Positions 8,682 to 17,361 of a stretch of DNA of 32,000 bases are shown here, piece by piece; the stretch's first letter is position 1, and the number at the start of each line of letters is the position of its first letter. The DNA comes from Candidatus Hadarchaeota archaeon (lineage in GTDB: Archaea > Hadarchaeota > Hadarchaeia > Hadarchaeales > Hadarchaeaceae), in the NCBI GenBank assembly GCA_964514965.1, contig CAZETV010000001.1, forward strand, positions 873,063 through 905,062, written 5' to 3'. A program made the translations under genes and the position numbers. The notes under the pieces were generated by a model. That model had not been told where the DNA came from, did not search any database, and saw only the letters and a list, made by a program, of their open reading frames with translations.

Positions 8682-10677
8682 TTTCACGTTCAAAACGGCT
8701 CGAATGCAGAAGTTTAGGGCGATTTTCCTCCAACAAGCGCATGATAGCGTTGTGGCCAAGCTTCACGAGGCTGGTGTAGTTCAACTGAAGGAGATTTCAG
8801 AGCTGGAGATCGGGCGTAAGGCGGTGAAGGAGGAGTTGTATGAGTTCTCCTCGCTACTCGCAAAATTCAGGGAAATGCAGGAGTTTCTCGGGCCATCACG
8901 TAAACCAGTTGAAGTTGAAGAACTCACTTACGCGCAAACCTTGAAAGAGGCGGAAAGGCTCCTTGAGAGGCTTGAGCCGAAGGTAATCACATTGAAGACA
9001 AAAAGCGAGGAACTCGATAAGAGGAGACAAGAGCTGCTCGCCCAAATAGAGGTGCTCAAAAACTTCAAAGAAATAAAATTTTCGTTGAGCTACCTTCAAT
9101 CTACGGATGAGACCCAAGTCAAGGTAGGGTGGATCGCCGAGGAACAGATAAGAAAGTTCTCGGACGCGGCGATGGAAATATTGGAGGGGAAAGTTTTTGT
9201 GGAGGTTTTTGGAGAGGGCGGACGAAGAATTTTGGTTGCCGTCTACCGCACAAGAGATCAGCAGAAACTCTTGCCACTGTTCTACAGGTTTGAAATAGAG
9301 CTTTTAGAGATACCACATATCCCACGAACGCCGAGAGAGGCGGTCAAAGAACTCGAAAAGCAGCTGGAGGAACTTACCGAGGAACGGGCTAATCTTGAGA
9401 TGGAAAGGAAGGAACTCGCCAAAGCTGAGGCAGGAGAGGTGAGCAAGTTCTTCGAACTTCTTGAAATTCAAATGGAACGCTTGGGGTGCACTAGGCTATT
9501 TGGCTTCACCGACGCCACCGTGGTCATCGAGGGTTGGATGCCCAAGAAGGTGAACCTCGAGCCCATACTGCGCGCAGCTACTAACGGGCGACATATCATT
9601 AGAATTTACAAGCCCCAAAAAGTCGAGGTCGAGACTGTCCCCATAAAGCTTGAAAATCCTAGGGGAGTAGGTGATTTTGAGCTCATCACCGAAATGTACG
9701 GCTTACCTAAGTACGACGAGGTTGACCCCACACCATTCTTAGCGTTCACCTTCCCACTTTTCTTCGCAGTCTGCTTGTCGGACGCTGGCTACGGGCTTTT
9801 GCTTGGGCTTTTCATGGGGTCCGGCATCTGGTTTGCAAAAGCTTTCCCGAGAAGTTTAAGGAAGATGATGGTGGTAGGCGCGGCATTTACCGTTGTGATC
9901 GGCGCTCTTATCGGGGGATGGTTCGGATTTGCTCCCCTTTGGATAAACGCCATGGAAAATCCGATACCTATTCTTAAGCTCGCTGTTTTCATAGGTATCC
10001 TGCACATTATCATTGGATTTGGAGTGGCTGCCGCGCTGAAGGACTTTTTCAGGAGGGATTGGAGGAACTTAATCCTCGACCATATTCCCCGCGTACTAGT
10101 CGTGGTAGGGTTCTTTGGGCTGAGCTTTTGTGCTTTGGGCGTTAGCCTGAGTGATTTTGGGATAAATTTTGCGTTCCCAAAAATGAATCTCTTTGAAGCG
10201 TTTAACCCAATTGCATTTGCTCCCGCCATGGTCATAGCTTTCAGGATTTTGCTCTACGTTGGGTTAGGTATTGGAGTTATAGGAGCGGTGGTAATGGCTA
10301 AGGGATTGCGGGAGAGAATTAGTGGACCCATCAATGTTATATATGGTATAACAGGGTTGGTCGCTGATGCCGCTTCCTACAGCAGGCTCATGGCTCTTGG
10401 AATAGCCACGGGCATCATAGCGTACGCGATAAACTACATCGGTGGTTGGCTGTACGGGCCCTTGACCCCACCGCTCTCATATATCGTGCTGGTGCCACTG
10501 TTGATTGCGCTCTTTGCGGCGCACTGTTTCAACATCTTCATCCAAAGCCTTGGGGCGTTCATTCACACCATGCGTTTGCATTACGTCGAATTTTTTGGTA
10601 AGTTCTACGAGGGCGGCGGCGAGAAGTTTGCTCCCTTTAAAGCTAAAAGGATGTTTACTAAAATAATAAGGAGGTGA
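8665..10677 (+). CDS. atpI: A-type ATP synthase subunit I (membrane stator, V-type a homolog)
   Basis: At about 660 aa it has a soluble coiled-coil N-terminal half and a C-terminal multi-TM half ending ...SYSRLMALGIATGIIA...IHTMRLHYVEFFGKFYEGGG, which includes the conserved Arg region. The start is either ATG 8665, overlapping atpH by 17 nt, or ATG 8704. Confidence 0.95.
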   Translation: MLFSGDFTFKTARMQKFRAIFLQQAHDSVVAKLHEAGVVQLKEISELEIGRKAVKEELYEFSSLLAKFREMQEFLGPSRKPVEVEELTYAQTLKEAERLLERLEPKVITLKTKSEELDKRRQELLAQIEVLKNFKEIKFSLSYLQSTDETQVKVGWIAEEQIRKFSDAAMEILEGKVFVEVFGEGGRRILVAVYRTRDQQKLLPLFYRFEIELLEIPHIPRTPREAVKELEKQLEELTEERANLEMERKELAKAEAGEVSKFFELLEIQMERLGCTRLFGFTDATVVIEGWMPKKVNLEPILRAATNGRHIIRIYKPQKVEVETVPIKLENPRGVGDFELITEMYGLPKYDEVDPTPFLAFTFPLFFAVCLSDAGYGLLLGLFMGSGIWFAKAFPRSLRKMMVVGAAFTVVIGALIGGWFGFAPLWINAMENPIPILKLAVFIGILHIIIGFGVAAALKDFFRRDWRNLILDHIPRVLVVVGFFGLSFCALGVSLSDFGINFAFPKMNLFEAFNPIAFAPAMVIAFRILLYVGLGIGVIGAVVMAKGLRERISGPINVIYGITGLVADAASYSRLMALGIATGIIAYAINYIGGWLYGPLTPPLSYIVLVPLLIALFAAHCFNIFIQSLGAFIHTMRLHYVEFFGKFYEGGGEKFAPFKAKRMFTKIIRR

Positions 10678-11150
10678 GGAACCTGGTAGCCGAAGGAGTC
10701 TGGGTGGCTTTGGCGGCTGGTCTGGCGATAGCGATTCCAGGGATAATCTCTGGCCTGGGCGTGGGTATAGCAGGCGTTGCTGCTGCTGCGGTGGCGAGCG
10801 AGGATCCGAAGAAAGCTTACAAGGCATTCGTATTCGAAGTGTTGCCTGGGACGCAAGGGATTTATGGCTTCGTTGCTGGCTTTTTGATTATAATCGGCGC
10901 AGGACTATCGGCGGGTGCTGAGGTAACAGTTCCGGTTGGTCTGGCGGTGTTGGCCGCGGCTGTTCCTGCTATCCTTCAGGGATTCACCGCTTATCCACAA
11001 GGATTAGTTGCATCTGCGAGTATTACAGCGTTCGCCAAGAGACCAGAGGTATTCGCCCCCGGTCTAATGTACACAGTAATGGTCGAGCTCTATGCCATAT
11101 TGGGGCTCTTAGCGACGATTCTAATGTTGACGTTTATAGGTGCACTGTAG
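10674..11150 (+). CDS. atpK: A-type ATP synthase proteolipid subunit K (c), duplicated 4-TM form
   Basis: The 158-aa protein has four hydrophobic helices. LPGTQGIYGF lies in helix 2 and MVELYAILG in helix 4, giving a single conserved carboxylate at E138. The start overlaps the atpI stop as GTGA. Confidence 0.95.
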   Translation: MRNLVAEGVWVALAAGLAIAIPGIISGLGVGIAGVAAAAVASEDPKKAYKAFVFEVLPGTQGIYGFVAGFLIIIGAGLSAGAEVTVPVGLAVLAAAVPAILQGFTAYPQGLVASASITAFAKRPEVFAPGLMYTVMVELYAILGLLATILMLTFIGAL

Positions 11151-11161
11151 GGGGAAATATT

Positions 11162-11791
11162 TTGCCAGCTGAGAAAGGCGCCAAGCTGATAATCGATGAC
11201 ATCGTAAAAGAGGCGAAAAAGAAGGCAGCTGAGGTAATCCAAGAAGCGAAGCGAGAGGCGGCCACGATGCTTGACGCTGCCCGCCTAGGTGCCAAAGAGG
11301 AGGGGGAGCACAAATTGAAGGAGGCTCGCGCTCGCGGCAAACAAGTTTATGAGGAAGTCATGGCCGAGGGCAGGATGAAGGCGAAGAAAGAAATGCTCCA
11401 AAAAAAGGAGGGGCTCATCGGTGAAGTTTTTAGAGAGGTTGAGGAGAAACTCCGCGCGCATGTTGCTTCCAAGGGATATAAAGAGGATATCGCTCGAATC
11501 GCTTTGAACGCTTGTAGAAAGCTCGGCTCCGAAGATGTGATAGTTAGGGCGAATCGGCAGGACCTGAAACTCATTGAGTCATTTAAAGGACAAATGGCGC
11601 GAGAGCTGAGCGACGGTGGAAAAATCGTGAAAATCTCGTTCGGTGAGCCGATTCAGGTCATTGGCGGTGTGAAGGTAGGGTCAAACGATGGCAAGGTAGA
11701 GATAGATGAGACTTTCGAGGGCAGGATGCGTAGGGAGTTCGAGGTGTTTAGAGTAAAGATCGCAAAGGTTCTCTTCGAAGGGTCTGGATGA
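11162..11791 (+). CDS. atpE: A-type ATP synthase subunit E
   Basis: The N-terminus is a long charged helix (IIDDIVKEAKKKAAEVIQEAKREA...) and the C-terminus is globular. Operon position supports the call. The start is TTG with an upstream GGGGGA. Confidence 0.85.
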   Translation: MPAEKGAKLIIDDIVKEAKKKAAEVIQEAKREAATMLDAARLGAKEEGEHKLKEARARGKQVYEEVMAEGRMKAKKEMLQKKEGLIGEVFREVEEKLRAHVASKGYKEDIARIALNACRKLGSEDVIVRANRQDLKLIESFKGQMARELSDGGKIVKISFGEPIQVIGGVKVGSNDGKVEIDETFEGRMRREFEVFRVKIAKVLFEGSG

Positions 11792-12921
11792 TCGAAGTAC
11801 TAGTAATCATTTTTGGGATGATAGGCTTCTTTTTTGCGTTAGTGATTTTTCACGCAAGGCGCTCGATGGCATACATCTACTGCAGCGCAACGATCAGCGC
11901 TTGGGAAGCGAAGCTGTTCCCGGAGGCGCGTCTGAGGGAGTTGGCTGATGCTCCGGGAGTAGTGAATATTTTCGCGGCTCTCGACGATACGGAATACCGT
12001 CAGCAGTTAGCGGGGGTTCGGAGGGAAGGAGAGTTGGAAATGGTTGAAGTGGAGAACGCCCTCAGGGACAATTCTAACTCACGCTATCTTGAGATTCTAA
12101 AGATGGTGCCGAAGGAGCGGAAAGAAACGGTCAGGAAGGTACTTCAGCGGGCAGAAGTTTGGGATCTCAAGGCAATCGTTACGGCGATTCATAACAAAAC
12201 ACCCAAGGATGAGAGACTCAAAGAGCTCATGCCCTCGCCAACGATGCCGCGCGAGAGGCTCGAGATGCTCGGCTCTGCCGAAAACTTTGAGCAACTGCTC
12301 GAATTTCTGAAGGAAAGCGAGTATTTCAGCGTGCTCTCGGAGGCGTTGGGGGAGTACGAAGAGCGCGGACTCATCCATTTGCTTTCCGCATTCGACAGGT
12401 ATTACTACACCAGCCTGTGGAGGGAGGTGCTGCGGGTGAAGACGCAGCGTTCGATTCTCGAGTCGCTGGTGGGTTGCGAGATAGATATCGTGAACCTCAA
12501 GCTTATTCTGCGGCTGAAGCGGGAGGGGGTAAATTCAGAGGAAATTGACAGGTACCTCATCCGACCTTCCTATATGCTAACGGAGGGGATGCTTAGAGCC
12601 ATGGTAGTCGTCGAAGACCTTCGATCTGCCGTGGATGCGGTCGCCCGTACTCCCTACGGCAAAATTTTACTTGAGGTCCTCCCGCAAATCGAGGCTCAAG
12701 GGATTTTCGTGGTAGAGCGGGCCTTGGAAGAAATGCAGCTGAAGGTATTCAGGTGGCTGGCGATCACCAAGCTCTTCAGCATAGCTCCCGTGATCTCGTA
12801 TATCCGTCTGAAGGAAAATGAGATGAAAAATTTGTGGACGATAATAAAGCTCAAGGTGGATAAGGTCGGACCCCAAAAAATAAAGGAAACAATAGTGAAG
12901 GTGCCAAAAATTGAGTTTTAA
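11788..12921 (+). CDS. atpC: A-type ATP synthase subunit C (V-type d homolog), with a possible 26-aa hydrophobic N-terminal extension
   Basis: From M27 onward (MAYIYCSATISAWEAKLF...) it resembles the AtpC N-terminus. The size is right, and it occupies the position between E and F. The start overlaps the atpE stop as ATGA. Confidence 0.9.
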   Translation: MIEVLVIIFGMIGFFFALVIFHARRSMAYIYCSATISAWEAKLFPEARLRELADAPGVVNIFAALDDTEYRQQLAGVRREGELEMVEVENALRDNSNSRYLEILKMVPKERKETVRKVLQRAEVWDLKAIVTAIHNKTPKDERLKELMPSPTMPRERLEMLGSAENFEQLLEFLKESEYFSVLSEALGEYEERGLIHLLSAFDRYYYTSLWREVLRVKTQRSILESLVGCEIDIVNLKLILRLKREGVNSEEIDRYLIRPSYMLTEGMLRAMVVVEDLRSAVDAVARTPYGKILLEVLPQIEAQGIFVVERALEEMQLKVFRWLAITKLFSIAPVISYIRLKENEMKNLWTIIKLKVDKVGPQKIKETIVKVPKIEF

Positions 12922-13249
12922 AATAGCTGTAGTCGGGGATCAAGATACTGTGACGGGATTCGCTTTGGCAGGCGCGACCTATACCCACATTTTCAAGACG
13001 AAAGAAGAGACACTGGTCAAGCTGGGCGAATTTCTCGCCAGCGACGAAATTGGGCTCGTGCTGATAACCCACCGCATCGCGGAGAAGCTTGGTCCTGATT
13101 TCCGCCGCATGGTGCAGACGAAGCGATTGCTTCCCCTCGTGCTGAGAATCCCTGACAAGACGGGATATGCGCCTGAGGTCGATGAGTTGCGCGAGATAAT
13201 CAAGCGCACGGTTGGAGTCGAGATCATGATTAAGAAGGAGGGCGGGTAG
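12911..13249 (+). CDS. atpF: A-type ATP synthase subunit F
   Basis: MSFKIAVVGDQDTVTGFALAG... is the typical AtpF/V-type F N-terminus, and the protein is 112 aa. GGTG lies 7 nt before the TTG start. Confidence 0.9.
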   Translation: MSFKIAVVGDQDTVTGFALAGATYTHIFKTKEETLVKLGEFLASDEIGLVLITHRIAEKLGPDFRRMVQTKRLLPLVLRIPDKTGYAPEVDELREIIKRTVGVEIMIKKEGG

Positions 13250-13888
13250 ATGGCGATGACCCTAGCAGTTTATCCAACTCGGATGGAGCTCCTGAAGTTG
13301 AGGCAAAGGAGGGACCTAGCGCAGAGGGGGCACGACCTACTCAAAGAGAAAATGGATGCACTTGTCATTGAGTTCTTTGATGTAGTAAAGCGAATCCAAG
13401 AAGCGAGGGCAAAGGCGCTAGAACAGCTTTCGGTAGCCCATCGCGCGCTATCGATGTGCTTCGCCACCATGGGGACGCTCGAGACTAAGCAAGCTTCCAA
13501 AGAGGCAAAACGGGAGCTTCAATTGGAAATTTCAACTCGCCACATAATGGGCATCGCGGTGCCGGCTATCGAAGTCGGAGAGGTTGAGCGTAACGCTTTG
13601 ATGAGAGGTTATAGCTTGCACATGACATCTTCAGTGCTCGATGAGGCGTCGAGGGAGTTCGAGCGAGCGCTCAAGCTACTGACAAATCTAGCTGAACTTG
13701 AGGGATCGGCGTTCGCTATTGCCAAGGAACTTGAGAAAACCAAGCGAAGGGTGAACGCACTAGAGTATATCTTGATTCCGAGATTAAATGAGGCCCTCAA
13801 ATTCATCATGATGAAGCTCGATGAGATGGAGCGGGAGAACTTTTCACGTCTGAAGCGGATAAAAGCGATGCTAGAGGAACGTGAGTGA
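13250..13888 (+). CDS. atpD: A-type ATP synthase subunit D (central stalk)
   Basis: ...PTRMELLKLRQRRDLAQRGHDLLKEKMDAL... and ...EKTKRRVNALEYILIPRL... are hallmark AtpD/V-type D motifs. GGAGG lies 8 nt upstream of the start. Confidence 0.95.
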   Translation: MAMTLAVYPTRMELLKLRQRRDLAQRGHDLLKEKMDALVIEFFDVVKRIQEARAKALEQLSVAHRALSMCFATMGTLETKQASKEAKRELQLEISTRHIMGIAVPAIEVGEVERNALMRGYSLHMTSSVLDEASREFERALKLLTNLAELEGSAFAIAKELEKTKRRVNALEYILIPRLNEALKFIMMKLDEMERENFSRLKRIKAMLEERE

Positions 13889-14280
13889 GCGCGGATCGTC
13901 TGATAAAATTTGAGTTAAGCAAGCTAAACATGCATTTGCCCCAGAGGCGTCTTTCGTTAAAGGAGGCACTTTTGTCCGCGAAGCCTCAAGTCGTGACGCG
14001 TGATGGCGGCGTTCACAAGTTCAAGCGCGAAGAGCTCGAGTTCTTGGCTGGGCTTCTCCCCGAGATGGATAGGGATAAACTCCAACTGCCAATTCTAATC
14101 GCGCTGGAGCCGAAACTTGGTAGAGGGACTGCTAAGATAAGTGGAGATGCCGAGATAAAAGTTGTCAGTCGTGTTCTCGAAAAGGGGTCTGTTGTCGGGG
14201 AGCTGCTGATATATCGCCCTGAGGTGGCGATTCTGCGGAGAAAACTTCCCACGACCACGCAGTACCTTTTTATTTGGTGA
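13885..14280 (+). CDS. UPF0216 / DUF61-family archaeal protein of unknown function
   Basis: The pattern ...LNMHLPQRRLSLKEAL....PQVVTRDGGVHKFKREELEFLA...LQLPILIA....G...I......K.......LIYRPEVAILRRKLPTTTQYLF matches my recollection of the DUF61 family. The start overlaps the atpD stop as GTGA, and GAGGA lies 6 nt upstream. Confidence 0.7.
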   Translation: MSADRLIKFELSKLNMHLPQRRLSLKEALLSAKPQVVTRDGGVHKFKREELEFLAGLLPEMDRDKLQLPILIALEPKLGRGTAKISGDAEIKVVSRVLEKGSVVGELLIYRPEVAILRRKLPTTTQYLFIW

Positions 14281-14284
14281 TTAC

Positions 14285-14584
14285 ATGGACGCACGCAAGG
14301 GCGCTATCTTGATGGCCTTGTTTTACCCGTTCACGATAGCTACCATTGCAGCAGGCTTTTTGGCATTCGTGATGATCATGTTCAAGTTTGATATTCTTAT
14401 GATTTCAACTATAGTTCTGTGGTTTTACTTCGTGTGTGCGGCATCTATCTATTTCATCTCAGAGCAAGCGCTCAAGGTATTCGGGGTTCGCTGGCTTTTC
14501 TTAGGTTTTATAATTACTATCGGAATTCTCGCGAGTTTGTCGGCAGCCTTATTTGTTTTGAGGCAGTTCGGAACCTCAATTTAG
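14285..14584 (+). CDS. Small integral membrane protein (3 predicted TM helices), unknown function
   Basis: The 99-aa protein is strongly hydrophobic. GGTGA lies 4 nt upstream of the ATG. Its end overlaps the convergent secD by 4 nt. Confidence 0.6.
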   Translation: MDARKGAILMALFYPFTIATIAAGFLAFVMIMFKFDILMISTIVLWFYFVCAASIYFISEQALKVFGVRWLFLGFIITIGILASLSAALFVLRQFGTSI

Positions 14585-16446
14585 CTGCTTGTTGCTTTTT
14601 CTTGTCCAATCATCACGATAGCGCTGACTATTCGGGCATAGGCGGGTCGAGTTACAAGCACGGCTATGAGCATCCCCAAGATTGTGATAATTGCGAACCC
14701 GCTCATCGCGCCAAAGCCAATCAAAGCGAGCATTACCATTGCCGCGATTGTTGTCGCAGCAGCTGCCCAGATCACCGCGAATGCTCGCGAGACCCTTCCC
14801 CTCAAGCTTGCCATCTTTGTTCCGGGCAAGCCACCCCGGAGTACCTCATCGGTTATGATAATTTGGTGGTCAATGCCGGTACCGATGACGATAATCAGAC
14901 CCCCAAGTTCTGGCAGTCCTATTGTCCAGCCAATCAAAGACGCTGCGCCGAGAGTGATGAGAAGTTCGCATATCATAGTTCCGATAATTGCAAGGCCGAT
15001 AAGCAGGTGTCGATATCGGAGGTAGACCAGAGCCCAGACACCCAGCAGGGCGGCTATCCCCGCGATGAGTGCCTGTTTCAGAAATTCAGCACCCAAGCGG
15101 GCCTCTATCGATGTTTTGCTTTCAATTGTGATTTCGACGGGCAAGCGCTCGGACAGCACCAGCCGTAAATTTTTGGCTTCATTCATTGCATCTTCCAAAG
15201 AGGCTCTGGTGATTGTGATAGTCAAATCGTTCAAACGTTTTCCTTCCGCGAAATCAGCAGCCAACCCGGATGTGATGGTTACCACACTTTTGAGTCCGCA
15301 TGCTTCTTCGACCCAGTCATCGACACTTTTAGTAGTGCCTTCTGCAGTTTGCCTAGGAATGAACTCAATAGTGTAGAACTTGGAGAGATTCTCAATGACA
15401 CTCGATGAGAAATCTGAGGGATCCCCTAATAGACGCACTTTAAGTTTTAAGCCTGCTTGATTCTCCAAAAATTCTTGTGCCTGTGGGGAAAGCTCATCCT
15501 CCGCAATCCTGATGGCCGGCACACCTAGGGAGTATTCAATTCCCTTATCTGTAGTCCCCTTGAACATTTTTTCGACAGAGTCATATTTGAGGACGGAAAG
15601 TTCGCCCAAAATTTCGTTGTCGAAGACTACTATGGCGTCAGTCGGACGATCAACATAGATCAATGTGGGATAGTTGGCTTTATTTGCGGCTGCGTTCATA
15701 AACCGCTCTGCGCCGTCATCGGTCAACCTGAAAGGTAGGTCGACGGTATTGGAACTATTGGGGCTGGGGTAAGGTGCGCTGACGCTCACGATATCCTCGC
15801 CGCGGAGCAGGACTTCGTCTTCAAAGAAAATTTCAAGTCGTCCCGGTTTGCCGAGAAGGGTTTCTGCTTCTCCGGGGAGCAGGCCAGGGATTTCGTAGAG
15901 AATCAGATTTGCCCCTAAAGATCTAAATTGTGCGCCCCGCAACCCAGTTGGGTCTACCCGCAATCCGAGTATAGAGATTACTTCATCGCGTGTTGTATCG
16001 CTTACTTTTTCCTCTATCATCGGTTTTCCTGTTTGAGGATCTATCGCTACATTACAGAAACCTTCGACAATTGTGTTGATCAGATTTTCAGTTATTGGTC
16101 TCCCGATCTCAGCTACAGCCACTCCTGTGGAAGAATCAAGGCTGATGGTATTGATGCTCACGTAAAGATTGTCTTCGAGCTTGGGTATTATTGTTCCCCA
16201 CCAATGGTTTTCCACGTTGTCTTGGATATTTTCGAATGTGACGTACGAAGCTTCGAGTGCGAGTATAATCCTAGAGCCACCTATGATATCCACCCCAAAA
16301 TGGAGACCACGTGTATACTGAGCTGGCCACCCCACCGCGGTTTCCGCTTTTGAATCAACCGCTTTCCAAGGGCTCCAAACCAGCAAGGTACACAAGAAAA
16401 CTGTGAATAGCAACAGTGCGATGCGGCGTTCTCTAAATACTGACAT
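14581..16446 (-). CDS. secD: Protein-export membrane protein SecD
   Basis: It has an N-terminal TM helix, a large extracytoplasmic domain containing GVDIIGGSRI, and a C-terminal 5-TM bundle (...GTGIDHQIIITDE...). ATG 16446 is preceded by AGGAGGAAGGA. The ORF-track start at 16476 overlaps secF more deeply. Confidence 0.9.
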   Translation of the reverse strand: MSVFRERRIALLLFTVFLCTLLVWSPWKAVDSKAETAVGWPAQYTRGLHFGVDIIGGSRIILALEASYVTFENIQDNVENHWWGTIIPKLEDNLYVSINTISLDSSTGVAVAEIGRPITENLINTIVEGFCNVAIDPQTGKPMIEEKVSDTTRDEVISILGLRVDPTGLRGAQFRSLGANLILYEIPGLLPGEAETLLGKPGRLEIFFEDEVLLRGEDIVSVSAPYPSPNSSNTVDLPFRLTDDGAERFMNAAANKANYPTLIYVDRPTDAIVVFDNEILGELSVLKYDSVEKMFKGTTDKGIEYSLGVPAIRIAEDELSPQAQEFLENQAGLKLKVRLLGDPSDFSSSVIENLSKFYTIEFIPRQTAEGTTKSVDDWVEEACGLKSVVTITSGLAADFAEGKRLNDLTITITRASLEDAMNEAKNLRLVLSERLPVEITIESKTSIEARLGAEFLKQALIAGIAALLGVWALVYLRYRHLLIGLAIIGTMICELLITLGAASLIGWTIGLPELGGLIIVIGTGIDHQIIITDEVLRGGLPGTKMASLRGRVSRAFAVIWAAAATTIAAMVMLALIGFGAMSGFAIITILGMLIAVLVTRPAYARIVSAIVMIGQEKATSS

Positions 16447-17305
16447 GGTATTCCTTCCTCCTCTGTCGTTCTGCATGCCGCATAATGATTGCAGCGTTTA
16501 AGAACCAAGTGTTAAAAATGTCAATTATTATTCCAAAGATTATCACGGCTGTTAACTGGTAAAGCTGGGGGGCTGTCGTTAGAATGTTGATGGCGAAGAG
16601 AGGGGTAAGTGTGCTGCCGCTCATCATCAAGCCCGTGCGCATCGCATCGACCACCTGCTCCTTGGGTTCGCCCCCGACCCGCTTGAGCACTCGGGTGGTG
16701 AGCAGGATGTTTGTGTCAACGGCGTATCCGATGAGCATCAGCAGACCTGCTACCGACGCCAGGCTGAGTTCGACACGGAACAGCGCCATACATCCGAAGA
16801 CCCCCAGCAAGTCGAGCCCTACGGCGAGCAAGATTGCCCCCACCGTGACGCGGTGCCGGAAGGCGATGAAGATGATGACGCCCATCGCGATGAAGGCGCC
16901 GACCATAGCTCTTACGGCCTGCTCAGAATAGATGCTGGTGATGGTCGCTCCTCTCACCTCCACGGTGACGGAGTTCTCAGGGATGCCAAATCGGGATAAA
17001 AGCATGCTTTTAATGAGGAGAGTTTCGTTTTCATTCAGTACGTTGCCGATCCCTATATCGAGACCATTTTCAACGATGTCAACATTAGCATTGTAGCCAG
17101 TTAGATTTTCAACGGAGATTTCAACAGCGCTAGCATCAGGGACATTTTCTACCCCCTGCACTCTTATTAAAGCACTTTCCCTGAAATCAGTACTGAATGG
17201 GACACTGAGCACTAACATGGAAATAGTCAGAACCGCAATCAGGGCTAGCGGAATCGCAGCTAATTGGCGGTTGCTTAAGTGCTTCTGAGGCCAAGCGAAT
17301 TTCAT
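16433..17305 (-). CDS. secF: Protein-export membrane protein SecF
   Basis: The 290-aa protein has the SecF topology of TM1, an extracytoplasmic domain and a 5-TM bundle (...IGYAVDTNILLTTRVLK...). GAGGG lies 6 nt upstream of the ATG. Confidence 0.92.
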   Translation of the reverse strand: MKFAWPQKHLSNRQLAAIPLALIAVLTISMLVLSVPFSTDFRESALIRVQGVENVPDASAVEISVENLTGYNANVDIVENGLDIGIGNVLNENETLLIKSMLLSRFGIPENSVTVEVRGATITSIYSEQAVRAMVGAFIAMGVIIFIAFRHRVTVGAILLAVGLDLLGVFGCMALFRVELSLASVAGLLMLIGYAVDTNILLTTRVLKRVGGEPKEQVVDAMRTGLMMSGSTLTPLFAINILTTAPQLYQLTAVIIFGIIIDIFNTWFLNAAIIMRHAERQRRKEYHVSI

Positions 17306-17361
17306 CGTTAACCCTCTTGTTATTTTTAGTAGAGGATAAATAACTTGACGAGGTCGGACGA
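17306..17361. promoter_or_regulatory. Bidirectional secF / trmI promoter region with inverted A/T boxes
   Basis: GTTATTT (17319-17325) and AAATAAC (17338-17344) form a 7-bp inverted repeat of TATA-like sequences in the 56-nt divergent spacer. Confidence 0.35.

Noticed and set aside
14419-15168. Long antisense ORFs opposite conserved genes, for example 14419-15168 and 14666-15025 opposite secD, 7547-8002 and 7813-8304 opposite atpA, 3904-4431 opposite the B12-rSAM gene, and 18945-19433 opposite thiolase
   Set aside because: They lie antisense to genes with unambiguous family signatures. Their composition is low-complexity (Ser/Arg/Pro/Cys-rich) and they have no SD, which is typical of shadow ORFs.
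14581-16446. SecD has a very large extracytoplasmic domain of about 425 aa between TM1 and the C-terminal bundle, with patches of lower GC
   Set aside because: The length is within the range of bacterial SecD proteins. I cannot identify a discrete inserted domain by eye, and the GC variation is not sharp enough to call an insertion.
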